UHGV virus genome: UHGV-1368455
Origin: a virus
Length of the DNA: 64,000 nucleotides
Direction: 5' to 3' (one strand)
The translations under genes were made by a program, and so were the position numbers. Shown here piece after piece: positions 52,052 through 61,356 of the stretch; within the stretch, counting starts at the first letter, position 1, and each line of letters begins with the position of its first letter. The notes beneath the pieces were generated by a model, which had not been told where the DNA came from, made no database searches, and worked only from the letters and a program-made list of their open reading frames with translations.

Positions 52052-53026
52052 CTAAACATCTATAACATCTGCATCTTCAAAAGAAGAAATGTCGGCAGGA
52101 GAAAGGTCTTTACCATTAACTATTTTAAGTTCGGTAGTTTCCATAACTCCCATAAGAATATCTGATGCAATATCTCTTGCTCCAAGAGTAAAAGCTCTAT
52201 GAGAAATAAGAACTCGTGGGTATTTTTTATAAGTATCTTTTTCAAACATATCAGCTTGAACTGCATCAGAATATGTAAATCGAGAAGTAGCAGTCATTGT
52301 TTTACCATTAACAACTCTCTCGAACTTATATTCAGTAATATAATCAACAGGTTTATTAGGAATACGATATACAGGTATCTTACCAGTTTTAGCTACTTCA
52401 TTGGCTTGAAGACGATTAACAACAATAGTAAATTGTTTAGTATTAAGTTGATAATCTTTATAAAGATTGCCATTAAAATCTTGATACCACTTAACAGGCC
52501 AAACATAAACTATGTCATCATCTTTATTAGCTTCTTGTTTCGCTTTTGCATCTGCATGATTAGTACATCGTTTAACATAATCAGGAAAATTATTGTCAAT
52601 ATAAGCATTAAATCCATCTGTATATTCATACAGAGGAGTATAATCTTTTGTACAATCCCAAGTAACTCCTGCCTTTGAAAGTAATGCTTTGACAATATGA
52701 ACATCAATACCCGTTTTACCATTAATAACATGAATATGCTCAATACAAGTACTAAAAGGTAGTCCTAAATCTTGCGCTCTCATAAGAACAGCAAGACCAT
52801 CGTTAACACTTTTAATTCCACCTTTCTCACTACGCATAACTTTAGTTAAAAAGTTTTCAGCAGCAGCAAGTTGTTTTTCATCAAAGAAATTAATAGTATT
52901 AATACCACCGTTAATGCTTTGAATATTAGCAAGTTCATGCTTTTGAACAGGTTTGACTTCTTGGTGTTGAATAGGATTGTTAGCTTCAACATCAACATTA
53001 GGTTTAATCGTTTCTTCTGTCATCAC
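52052..53026 (-). CDS. RecT-like single-strand annealing protein
   Basis: 324-aa ORF. …GLAVLMRAQDLGLPFSTCIEHIHVINGKTGIDV… resembles the RecT core (…GLdP…a.lip..gk…). By eye only. Confidence 0.5.
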   Translation of the reverse strand: MMTEETIKPNVDVEANNPIQHQEVKPVQKHELANIQSINGGINTINFFDEKQLAAAENFLTKVMRSEKGGIKSVNDGLAVLMRAQDLGLPFSTCIEHIHVINGKTGIDVHIVKALLSKAGVTWDCTKDYTPLYEYTDGFNAYIDNNFPDYVKRCTNHADAKAKQEANKDDDIVYVWPVKWYQDFNGNLYKDYQLNTKQFTIVVNRLQANEVAKTGKIPVYRIPNKPVDYITEYKFERVVNGKTMTATSRFTYSDAVQADMFEKDTYKKYPRVLISHRAFTLGARDIASDILMGVMETTELKIVNGKDLSPADISSFEDADVIDV

Positions 53027-53080
53027 TATTTCAAAGAGCGGTTAATAATTACACTGCAAATATAGGAATAATTATATAAA

Positions 53081-54457
53081 CTACAAAACAATACCGTTAA
53101 TATTTTCATCATAATCAAAATTATTTTCTGTTTCATCTATATAATTGACAAACGGCAAAGGTTTATCCTTATTAATCTTTACTTGTTCGATAGTATTATT
53201 ACAATAAACACGATAAGTTTGTAGAGTTCCAGCACCAAAATTAATATTAGTAAAACGTAGCTTCAAATCTCTAATCGAATGACATAATGCTGATGTAAAA
53301 ATAACGCAATTACAAGCTATATTTAGCTTTGTATCGGACGCTTCTTTGATAGATAAGGCATTGATAATCTGATTGTTAAATAGCCGTTCATTAAGCGTGG
53401 ACTGGGCAGCCGATTTAATAATCTTTGGTTTACCCTTATTAACTCCACTCTTATAAAGCATAACATTACCAGTCATATCAGTAACAATAGCATCCTCAAT
53501 ACAATCATGATAATCTCCACATTTTATTTGTGTTTGATTATCATTGATATATTTAGTAATTTTAGCAGCATATTCTCCTCGCTTAGAAACTATGAGTATC
53601 TGTTTATCAAGATTAGCAAGTACAATATCTAATATAGTTTGAAATTTAGCTTCATTATCGCTAACAAAATCTCTTCGTTTTTTAGCTATATTAAAGAAAT
53701 TATACGCTTTCTCGTAAAGAGCATTAGGATTGTAAGTATCATCAATTTGTTTAATAAAATCAATATTAGTATCAAGAGTTTCATTCCATCCATTTTGTTT
53801 AGCAAAACTATCTCTAAATTCAGCAGCACTTATTCCAAGATTAGGAACACCAACTTTACATTTTTCAATAACATCTAAACTACCAAATATAGAAATACAA
53901 TTAGTAATATAATCGTCATATTTACTATATTGTTCTGCATCATCAATAGACAAATCAACCCCATACCGATGTTCCTCTACGGGAGAGGTCAAACGGTCAA
54001 CAGCAACAGTAGCAGAAATATCTGTTACCATTATATTTGGTAATATAGAACGAACATTATTAATAAATTCATTATTCATAATATTTTGAGTAAGAATACA
54101 AAGAGTAAATTTACTTTCATCAGTAAGATGCTTAATAATATCATAGTTATTAACTCCGATTATAATAGTAAAATGATAAGTATAGTGATACCTACCATTA
54201 ATAAATTGTTCAGTAAGTAACTTAATATTAGTCATATTAAGACTTTTATCTTTAAGATAACCTACTAAACGCATTCGCATTCGATAATCATTAAGAACTA
54301 TAAATGTATTAGCATTCGGAGTTTTATTTAATATTTTAGTAATAGCATTGTAAACAAGTTCAAATACAACTTCATCATCAAAACAATAAAGACTTGATTT
54401 ACCTTTATTATTTCGAAAACTATCGAGAACTTGTGTAAAATATGTATTTCGGTTCAT
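53081..54457 (-). CDS. hypothetical replication-module protein (458 aa)
   Basis: No clear Walker motifs seen. Contains a variant repeat copy (TSPVEE). Confidence 0.45.
   Translation of the reverse strand: MNRNTYFTQVLDSFRNNKGKSSLYCFDDEVVFELVYNAITKILNKTPNANTFIVLNDYRMRMRLVGYLKDKSLNMTNIKLLTEQFINGRYHYTYHFTIIIGVNNYDIIKHLTDESKFTLCILTQNIMNNEFINNVRSILPNIMVTDISATVAVDRLTSPVEEHRYGVDLSIDDAEQYSKYDDYITNCISIFGSLDVIEKCKVGVPNLGISAAEFRDSFAKQNGWNETLDTNIDFIKQIDDTYNPNALYEKAYNFFNIAKKRRDFVSDNEAKFQTILDIVLANLDKQILIVSKRGEYAAKITKYINDNQTQIKCGDYHDCIEDAIVTDMTGNVMLYKSGVNKGKPKIIKSAAQSTLNERLFNNQIINALSIKEASDTKLNIACNCVIFTSALCHSIRDLKLRFTNINFGAGTLQTYRVYCNNTIEQVKINKDKPLPFVNYIDETENNFDYDENINGIVL
53972..53994 (-). repeat. dispersed element, copy 15 (variant)
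   Basis: TTCCTCTACGGGAGAGGTCAAAC. Inside the - strand CDS at 53081-54457, where it reads TSPVEE. Confidence 0.6.
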
Positions 54458-54459
54458 AG

Positions 54460-56814
54460 TTAATCGAAGTCTTCATCATCAAAAAGAGATTGATATTGAC
54501 CACTCATTTGTTTAAGGAGTGCTTTACCACTTTTAGTACCTTTATTTTTATCTCCTTTCATATTAGGAGAAATACGTAGTTTGATAGGGTCAATAATTTT
54601 AAGAGCTTCTTTATAATAATAATTATAATTAATATTTCTAAACTCTATTCGCTTATCATCGAGAGAATTAAGAATTTGAACTTTTTGTCCAGCACATAAA
54701 CCATTCTTAGCAAAACTATCATTGTGAACTTTATAAATAAATCCACCTTGACTAGAAGCATAAAATCTTACATATCTTTGCATAGGAATAATTTTAGTAC
54801 CTTCAATATATTCAACATGAAATTGCTTACCAACATTTTGTGTAAGACAAAAATCAAGAATATTCTTACTATTATAAAGAGTTTCAAGTACAGGAATACC
54901 TTTGAAATAATTAACAACAGCACGAGCAACAATTGGCATAGAATAACCTTTTGATAAATCTTTAAGATACATAAATTCATTTAATGCACCTTTCGCATCA
55001 GTTTTACCATTAAGTTCTTCTACAAAATAGTTATTAATATCTCTATTAATATAATAAAGATATTCTTCACTATCTGCATCAAGACCAGTTAATTTCTTCC
55101 AATCAGCGGCAATTTTATCAAAAGTATCTTTTTTAGATTTATATAGTTTCACAACTATACCATCTGTATTAGCACTTATAACTTCAATACCATTAAGCTC
55201 AAGTTCTTCACATAGCATCATAATCATTAACTGACCATTAATAGTAACTTTGAGAGTGGCCATTCTATCAAATAAATCCCCTTTCTCAAAACCAAATTTA
55301 CCATAAATAGAATTAATGACAATTTTTAATACTTGAGCAAGCACATCAGATGGAATACCATCAATAGGTTCATTACTATGTTTAGCTTTAATACGAGTAT
55401 CTTTAATCCAAGTTACAAGTTTAGTAAAAACACTTTCAATCATGTGTTTAGGAGCAATATGATATACAGACATAATAGAAGGATAAAAGCTACTTATATC
55501 CCAATGTACATAAATATAACTATCATCAGCAATATGTTCCCAAATACTGTCGTTCTTGTTCGTAGCAATCTCTCTAATTCGTTCTATCTCCCCCGTAGAG
55601 GGATAATCGGTGAACATTATTTTACTTTTGAGTTCTCTTGGCGTATCTTGACTATGTAAACCGCCAGTTGCAATAGTATAAGTAAGATTACCTAATTTTA
55701 CTTCACGAATGAACGCATCTTTACCAACACTATATACAACAACTTTCTTCATATCTGCAAGCAAATCTTGAAGAGGTTTAGTCTTAAATTGAATAAACGG
55801 AAAAATAACACGTTTGAAAGCCATAGCAGTACGTTCAGTCTTTTGTCCACGCCATTGTTCAGGAGCAAGACCACTAAACTCACTGTAAAACTTAATAAAC
55901 ATTTTATCCGCAATATTACTTCGAGAACTACTAAGAACATCTATTTTATAAGCACGAGAAATACTATAACGCAATTTAATTTCATCCATGTAAAGTCTAA
56001 TCATTTCGCATACAATGAAAACATCATTTGCATTATAATACATAGTAGGTTCAATCCATTCGTCGATAATATATCTATCCCACTTTTCAACAAGTCTATT
56101 AACTTTATCTGCAGGAAGACCTTTTAATGTAAGATTATTTTGATATAAATGAATATCTTTATCGCTAATTGGAGGAAGCTCATATTCAAGAATTTCATAC
56201 CATTGTAAATTAATAGAAGTCTGTTTAAGACCTTTACCAAAATAAATAGTATCTCCTTTCTGATTTTTACCTTTACCAACTTTATTAAGTGCAAAGATAG
56301 TCATAATATCAATATCTACATAAGGTAGCTTATTCTTTTTAAGATTGGCAAGAAGATAATCATGACGAGCAAGTTCTTCATTATCTTGCATACTAATAAT
56401 ATGTTTACTCAACTCATATAATTTAGTAATAAGTTCTTTTGTTGAATTAACTTGATTAGCCCACATAAGTAAACCACTAACCATAAGTTTATCATATTTA
56501 GAACTATTATAACCAAACATATCAGTACGAATAGCTTTTCCATCATCATCAACAAATGGACGCATATTATTAATAGTTGCAAGCATTTGAAGTAATTGAC
56601 TATCGTCTTTATCAGTAATATAAAAAGAACAACGTTTAACAATAGCAAGTCGTTCTTTAATTTCTTTTACAGTAAGTTTTTGAACGAGAGGAATAGGTTT
56701 ACCTTTCTCGTTTACACAATCAGCAAATACTCTTAGATAATCATTAACATCAGTAATAGTAATGCTAAAGAAGTTAGGTAAAACTTCAACATCGTAAGAA
56801 CGAGAAAGTATCAT
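54460..56814 (-). CDS. family B DNA polymerase with a 3'-5' exonuclease domain
   Basis: 784-aa ORF. Exo I YDVEV near the N-terminus, PolB motif A HWDISSFYPSIM, motif B KIVINSIYGKFG, motif C ISANTDGIVV. Contains a repeat copy (YPSTGE). Confidence 0.8.
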   Translation of the reverse strand: MILSRSYDVEVLPNFFSITITDVNDYLRVFADCVNEKGKPIPLVQKLTVKEIKERLAIVKRCSFYITDKDDSQLLQMLATINNMRPFVDDDGKAIRTDMFGYNSSKYDKLMVSGLLMWANQVNSTKELITKLYELSKHIISMQDNEELARHDYLLANLKKNKLPYVDIDIMTIFALNKVGKGKNQKGDTIYFGKGLKQTSINLQWYEILEYELPPISDKDIHLYQNNLTLKGLPADKVNRLVEKWDRYIIDEWIEPTMYYNANDVFIVCEMIRLYMDEIKLRYSISRAYKIDVLSSSRSNIADKMFIKFYSEFSGLAPEQWRGQKTERTAMAFKRVIFPFIQFKTKPLQDLLADMKKVVVYSVGKDAFIREVKLGNLTYTIATGGLHSQDTPRELKSKIMFTDYPSTGEIERIREIATNKNDSIWEHIADDSYIYVHWDISSFYPSIMSVYHIAPKHMIESVFTKLVTWIKDTRIKAKHSNEPIDGIPSDVLAQVLKIVINSIYGKFGFEKGDLFDRMATLKVTINGQLMIMMLCEELELNGIEVISANTDGIVVKLYKSKKDTFDKIAADWKKLTGLDADSEEYLYYINRDINNYFVEELNGKTDAKGALNEFMYLKDLSKGYSMPIVARAVVNYFKGIPVLETLYNSKNILDFCLTQNVGKQFHVEYIEGTKIIPMQRYVRFYASSQGGFIYKVHNDSFAKNGLCAGQKVQILNSLDDKRIEFRNINYNYYYKEALKIIDPIKLRISPNMKGDKNKGTKSGKALLKQMSGQYQSLFDDEDFD
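55587..55607 (+). repeat. dispersed element, copy 16
   Basis: TCTCCCCCGTAGAGGGATAAT. Inside the - strand PolB CDS, where it reads YPSTGE. Confidence 0.9.
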
Positions 56815-56823
56815 AACTATTAC

Positions 56824-58287
56824 TTAATTACCATAAGAAATAATAAGCTGATTGTGAGCGCGAGAACAAGCAACATATAATCTACGAAGCATATCATCCA
56901 TGTCAGGATAAATACGTCCTCGTTTATCAAAAACAATATCATTCATATCAACAAAGACAATGTCATAAGTACTACCTTGTGATTTATGACTTGTTATAGC
57001 AAAACCATAATCAATATCACGAGGATATATAATTTTTCCAGCTCTATCAATTATATTGGCAGCCATAAGATATTTCTTTTTGAAAGAATAGTATTGTTTC
57101 CATTTAGCAGTACGAGTATTACCAACAGCTTTACGAGCCTCAGTAATAAGATTAGTGATAGTTTTATGATACATTTGAATAGTATATCTATCACGATGGT
57201 CTATAATAAACAAAGGCTTAGTAACACCGCCGCCATGCACCATTTGGAATTTAACAAGAAAACCTTTGAAAGAATATTTATCGTCAGTATAATCAACAAT
57301 ATCATTAATAATATATTCTTCACTGTTATTAATAACAGTATCAAGAAAATCATCAACAATAGTTTCATATGACATAATAAGGTCATTCTTGGTAATTATA
57401 TTCTTATCGGCGTCTTTAATAATACTATTACGAATATAATTATTCCAATTTGCTACACAAGCATTTGTATAAGCAATAATACGGTACATATCAATGTTCT
57501 TAGTATATTCTTCATTGTGAAACGACCTATCAATAATATTTTGAAACTCAGTTTTACCACAAATACTAAAACCTTCGTTTATATCATTATATGAATCAAT
57601 ACCTTTATGAGTAGAAACATATTGAATAAATGAAGTAGTTTTATGGTCTATATCATATCTAAGCATTTCAAGAATATTAGTAATAGGATTAGTTGCACCT
57701 TGTCGAACAATCTCTCGCAATTCATAACGTTCAAAACATCTATCAAATGCAATGGAACGTTTTTCATTAACAGGAGCAAGCTGATGGTCATCACCTATAA
57801 ATATAAGTTTGATAAATTGTTCTTTACAAATCTTACAAATATAAGTAACAAGTTTAGCAGGTATCATAGAAGCCTCATCAATAATTAAAACTCTGGTATT
57901 CTCATATATTTTAGGTTTACCAAGAGGATTAAATTGAGGATGTTTAGGGTCAAAATCTTCAAGTCTTAAATCAAGTCTTAATCCAAGAACACTTTGAACA
58001 GTATTAACTTCTTTTCCACCAATAGCTTGACTAAATACACGACACGCTTTATGAGTAGGAGAAGCACAAACAATTGCGCTATTACTATATTTACAGTTAC
58101 GTATAATATAGTTAGTAACAAATGTCTTACCAGTACCGCCAGCACCAATTAACCCCACTATATATTTAGTGGGGTCAAAAGGTTTGGCAATAAAACTGAT
58201 AATATTATCAACGGCATTTTGTTGGTCGTTGGTAAATTTAACATTACTTTTTATAGTTCTGTCTTTACCAATATTATCAAGTTCCAT
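56824..58287 (-). CDS. SF1B DNA helicase (Dda/RecD/Pif1-like)
   Basis: Walker A GLIGAGGTGKTF, Walker B VLIIDEASMI, C-terminal motif ITSHKSQGSTYDIVFV. Confidence 0.8.
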   Translation of the reverse strand: MELDNIGKDRTIKSNVKFTNDQQNAVDNIISFIAKPFDPTKYIVGLIGAGGTGKTFVTNYIIRNCKYSNSAIVCASPTHKACRVFSQAIGGKEVNTVQSVLGLRLDLRLEDFDPKHPQFNPLGKPKIYENTRVLIIDEASMIPAKLVTYICKICKEQFIKLIFIGDDHQLAPVNEKRSIAFDRCFERYELREIVRQGATNPITNILEMLRYDIDHKTTSFIQYVSTHKGIDSYNDINEGFSICGKTEFQNIIDRSFHNEEYTKNIDMYRIIAYTNACVANWNNYIRNSIIKDADKNIITKNDLIMSYETIVDDFLDTVINNSEEYIINDIVDYTDDKYSFKGFLVKFQMVHGGGVTKPLFIIDHRDRYTIQMYHKTITNLITEARKAVGNTRTAKWKQYYSFKKKYLMAANIIDRAGKIIYPRDIDYGFAITSHKSQGSTYDIVFVDMNDIVFDKRGRIYPDMDDMLRRLYVACSRAHNQLIISYGN

Positions 58288-58744
58288 TATTTATAAAATT
58301 TAGAAAATTAGCTTTGATTTCATCATAATTACGACGATAATATTCAAGAGCTTCATGAGATTCTGCGTCAGTTAAATCTATAAATATCTTTTTGACATCA
58401 AATAATTCTCGATTATCAATAAGTATAAGATTACCACTAACGATACATCCAGCAGCAAATGGACACCAATATCGAGTATCAAGTTCTCCTTTGTCTTCAG
58501 CACCACGAACAAGACAATATCTATTCCTGTCTTTGAAAGTATGAAAAACAAATTGTCTATCTTTACAAGAAAAACTTTCATTAGTAAATTGATAAACTTT
58601 ACCAAAAACTTTAACATAATATGTTGCGTTACGATTTACCCATACAACACCAGCAACATCTTTCTCTATAATTTGACTTGATAGAGGATTTTTATTTTTC
58701 TTCTTAGTCGCTTTTTTCTGAAGAGAAAAGTCAAAATATGGCAT
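58277..58744 (-). CDS. hypothetical protein
   Basis: 155-aa ORF. Confidence 0.45.
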   Translation of the reverse strand: MPYFDFSLQKKATKKKNKNPLSSQIIEKDVAGVVWVNRNATYYVKVFGKVYQFTNESFSCKDRQFVFHTFKDRNRYCLVRGAEDKGELDTRYWCPFAAGCIVSGNLILIDNRELFDVKKIFIDLTDAESHEALEYYRRNYDEIKANFLNFINNGT

Positions 58745-58753
58745 AAAAACATA

Positions 58754-59065
58754 TTATTTAGATTTAACACGTTTCATAGCATTTTTAGCCATAGCAGCCA
58801 TATTAAGTTTTCTTGATTTCTTAACGTCACGATAAGTTTGTCCATCATTATCATCAACAATTGAAGATTTAACAGTAGAAGTAGTAAAAACTACATGATA
58901 GCCATGTACATGACGAAGATAATCAATTTTACCCCAAGAGCCATTTCCTACATCAGTAGCACCTTTTTTAATTTCAATCCGCATGAGAGAAGGACTAACA
59001 CGAATACTACTTTTGCGAGAAAGAGAACGAGCAACACTCACTTCATCATAATGTTTTTTAGCCAT
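58754..59065 (-). CDS. hypothetical basic protein
   Basis: 103-aa ORF. Confidence 0.45.
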   Translation of the reverse strand: MAKKHYDEVSVARSLSRKSSIRVSPSLMRIEIKKGATDVGNGSWGKIDYLRHVHGYHVVFTTSTVKSSIVDDNDGQTYRDVKKSRKLNMAAMAKNAMKRVKSK

Positions 59066-59116
59066 AATTTTACGTAAGTTTTAATGTTTAACAAAATAAT
59101 AAATGATAACACTTAA

Positions 59117-59368
59117 TTAGATAGTAATTTCACGTTTTTGAACAAATGTAAGTTTACCATGATAACCTCTACAAGCAAGTTCTTCCATTAATTCACGAGG
59201 AGTAAACTCAGCAAGTTTAGGATTACCATCCTTACCTTTGGCTTTACAAGCATCGCAAACATGGCAATGACCATCTTTACTACGTGGGTCAATTCTAAAA
59301 GCACTAAACGGAAGAAGTTGACCACAACTTTTGCAACGTTTAGTTGCAATTTGCTTTTCATCACACAT
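59117..59368 (-). CDS. zinc-ribbon protein
   Basis: 83-aa ORF with CKSCGQ…CHVCDAC (CxxC…CxxC). Confidence 0.5.
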   Translation of the reverse strand: MCDEKQIATKRCKSCGQLLPFSAFRIDPRSKDGHCHVCDACKAKGKDGNPKLAEFTPRELMEELACRGYHGKLTFVQKREITI

Positions 59369-59858
59369 AATTTTAATTGTTTAATTGTTATTTATAAATA
59401 TAATCCAAAGTATAATTTGTAGTAGTAATGCAATAATAAATATAATTATACTATCTTTATTATAATGATTATCCATAAATAAATAATATTTAATTATTAA
59501 TATTCGATATAACAAGCGTAAGCTGTATAGTAGTATAAGTCATCAGCTATCATATATAAATACAATATAAAGCTAATAACAGCTTAAATATCGAATGTGT
59601 TGGTGCAGTCCAGTATCGGACAAATATAAAATCGCCATGACGACATTATTTGCGGCAACATTAAAAGCATAAGTTGGAAAGCTATTTGCGACAAGATAAA
59701 TATCATCATGGCGAACGATAAAACAAATCTATTAAAATGACTGCAATATACATAATAATTATTATCACAATAATCATTATATACAATATGATTATATTTC
59801 ACAATATAAGCATATTTTAGAATTAGCATTGTAAATATAAAACCAACACAAAAACAAG

Positions 59859-59929
59859 TTGGAGTAAGAGGATTCGAACCTCTACTAACAGAATCAAAAT
59901 CTGTGGTGCTACCGTTACACTATACTCCA
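59859..59929 (-). tRNA. tRNA-Gln (anticodon UUG)
   Basis: Folded by hand on the - strand. Acceptor TGGAGTA/TACTCCA with a U1:A72 pair, U8, D-stem GTGT/GCAC, anticodon stem ACAGA/TCTGT with loop TTTTGAT (anticodon TTG), T-arm AGAGG-TTCGAAT-CCTCT, discriminator A. No encoded CCA. Confidence 0.75.
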
Positions 59930-60100
59930 ATATTATCATCTATATTACTTAATACACCATACATTAACAATAACATATTTAGTATCATGATATGACGTTC
60001 AAAAAACATAATTAGACTTTATAGAAAGTTGCATACAAAGGCATTTAGTAGCAACAAGACTAAATAGTCTACATTTCATATAGATGATAATAGTAATATC

Positions 60101-60565
60101 TTATTTACGATTTCTAAGAAGAGCAATGAGTTCTTCTTTGCTCATAGTATCATAATCGTCAGAGGGTTTAGCAGCAAGAGCTTTTTGACATTTATCAGAT
60201 GTGCATTTCAATGTAGCATTAATCATACGATAAAAACGCATATTATCATTTATAATGCTTTTAAGCTCATCTTTACTCAAATTACTAATATTATTATCGT
60301 CTCTATTAAAGACAATTAAATTACGAATGACAGCTTTACAAATATCGCTCCAAGTGTCAACTTTATCATATTTACTATTATTGGCAAGCCAATCAACACA
60401 AGCATGATGTTCTTTAACAAAACGATGATTATCACTGGATAATGTACCAGCAAGCATCTCTTCTAAAATATCAAATATATTCTTTTTCATATTAATATCC
60501 AAATTCATTGGCAGCTTCTTCATCATTATCACCTTCAATAACTTGTGGTTCAAAACCGATTTCAT
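60101..60565 (-). CDS. hypothetical protein
   Basis: 154-aa ORF. Confidence 0.45.
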   Translation of the reverse strand: MKSVLNHKLLKVIMMKKLPMNLDINMKKNIFDILEEMLAGTLSSDNHRFVKEHHACVDWLANNSKYDKVDTWSDICKAVIRNLIVFNRDDNNISNLSKDELKSIINDNMRFYRMINATLKCTSDKCQKALAAKPSDDYDTMSKEELIALLRNRK

Positions 60566-60644
60566 CTAAATCAGTATCAAAGGCTTCACTATGAATAGCA
60601 ATACCATCATCTTCATAAATGTTATTCATACGAGATAGAATTAA

Positions 60645-60667
60645 ATACCCCGTAGAGAAGATAACTG
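60645..60667 (+). repeat. dispersed element, copy 17 (variant, intergenic)
   Basis: ATACCCCGTAGAGAAGATAACTG. Left arm of the second intergenic inverted pair. Confidence 0.7.
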
Positions 60668-60724
60668 TGTTTATTGCAACTTTACTAATAATAGTATGGC
60701 ACTAAGCAACAACTAAACATTAAT

Positions 60725-60746
60725 AATCCCTCTACGGGGTAGATTT
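60725..60746 (-). repeat. dispersed element, copy 18 (intergenic)
   Basis: AATCCCTCTACGGGGTAGATTT. Right arm of the pair with copy 17. Confidence 0.9.
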
Positions 60747-60747
60747 A

Positions 60748-61356
60748 TCAATCTACATCAGCAGTTGCGTTATCATCTGTCGCAACAGAAGAAGTAGCAT
60801 TACGTTCATTAAGTTCAACAATGTTATCAACCTCGTCTTGGTCAACAGCTTTTGTAATACCAACGCTCATTTCTTTATGACAGAAAGCGTCGATAGTGCG
60901 TTGAGCAGAAGCACTGAAAGAACTAAATGAAGCAACAAGTGCATTAAGAAAGAAAGGCTCATTGTAAGAATACTCACGCATAAGACCGTTACACTTAACA
61001 GCAAATTTATTCCACTTAAAGGTAACATAACGATGTTCACCACGTATTTCACCTTTTTGCAGAAGATAATTAAGAATACCAAGAGCAGTGAATCGACGAA
61101 TCTCTGCATTATTCTTAATAAGCAGAGCAATATTCACATAATGCTCAGGATAATTCTTAGCCGTATCAGGAATACCAGCTTTCTTACTCTTACGAGTAGG
61201 AGCTTGTGCTGGTTCAGCAGGAGCAGTAGCTTCTTCTGGATTAGCAACCTGTGCTGTTTCAACAGCATTTTCTTTGTTAGCACTTGCTGCAAGAGCAGCT
61301 TTCTTTGCTGCATAACGGCTACGTGCAGCAACACCATTTTTCTTTAATTCAGTCAT
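60748..61356 (-). CDS. hypothetical protein (Ala-rich N-terminus, GC-richer)
   Basis: 202-aa ORF. It is the last - strand gene before a 900-bp noncoding tract. Confidence 0.55.
   Translation of the reverse strand: MTELKKNGVAARSRYAAKKAALAASANKENAVETAQVANPEEATAPAEPAQAPTRKSKKAGIPDTAKNYPEHYVNIALLIKNNAEIRRFTALGILNYLLQKGEIRGEHRYVTFKWNKFAVKCNGLMREYSYNEPFFLNALVASFSSFSASAQRTIDAFCHKEMSVGITKAVDQDEVDNIVELNERNATSSVATDDNATADVD

Noticed and set aside
59584-59829. 81-aa - strand ORF upstream of the tRNA
   Set aside because: Low-complexity Y/N/I-rich translation in an AT-rich noncoding tract with no sign of a start context. More likely a promoter or regulatory region for the tRNA.
59859-59929. tRNA as a suppressor tRNA
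   Set aside because: The anticodon is TTG (Gln, reads CAA), not CTA or TCA.
5902-60746. Dispersed CCCCGTAGAGGG copies as a CRISPR array or as virion-RNAP promoters
   Set aside because: The copies are not regularly spaced and have no unique spacers between them. They occur inside CDSs in both orientations relative to transcription, so a promoter or CRISPR role does not fit.
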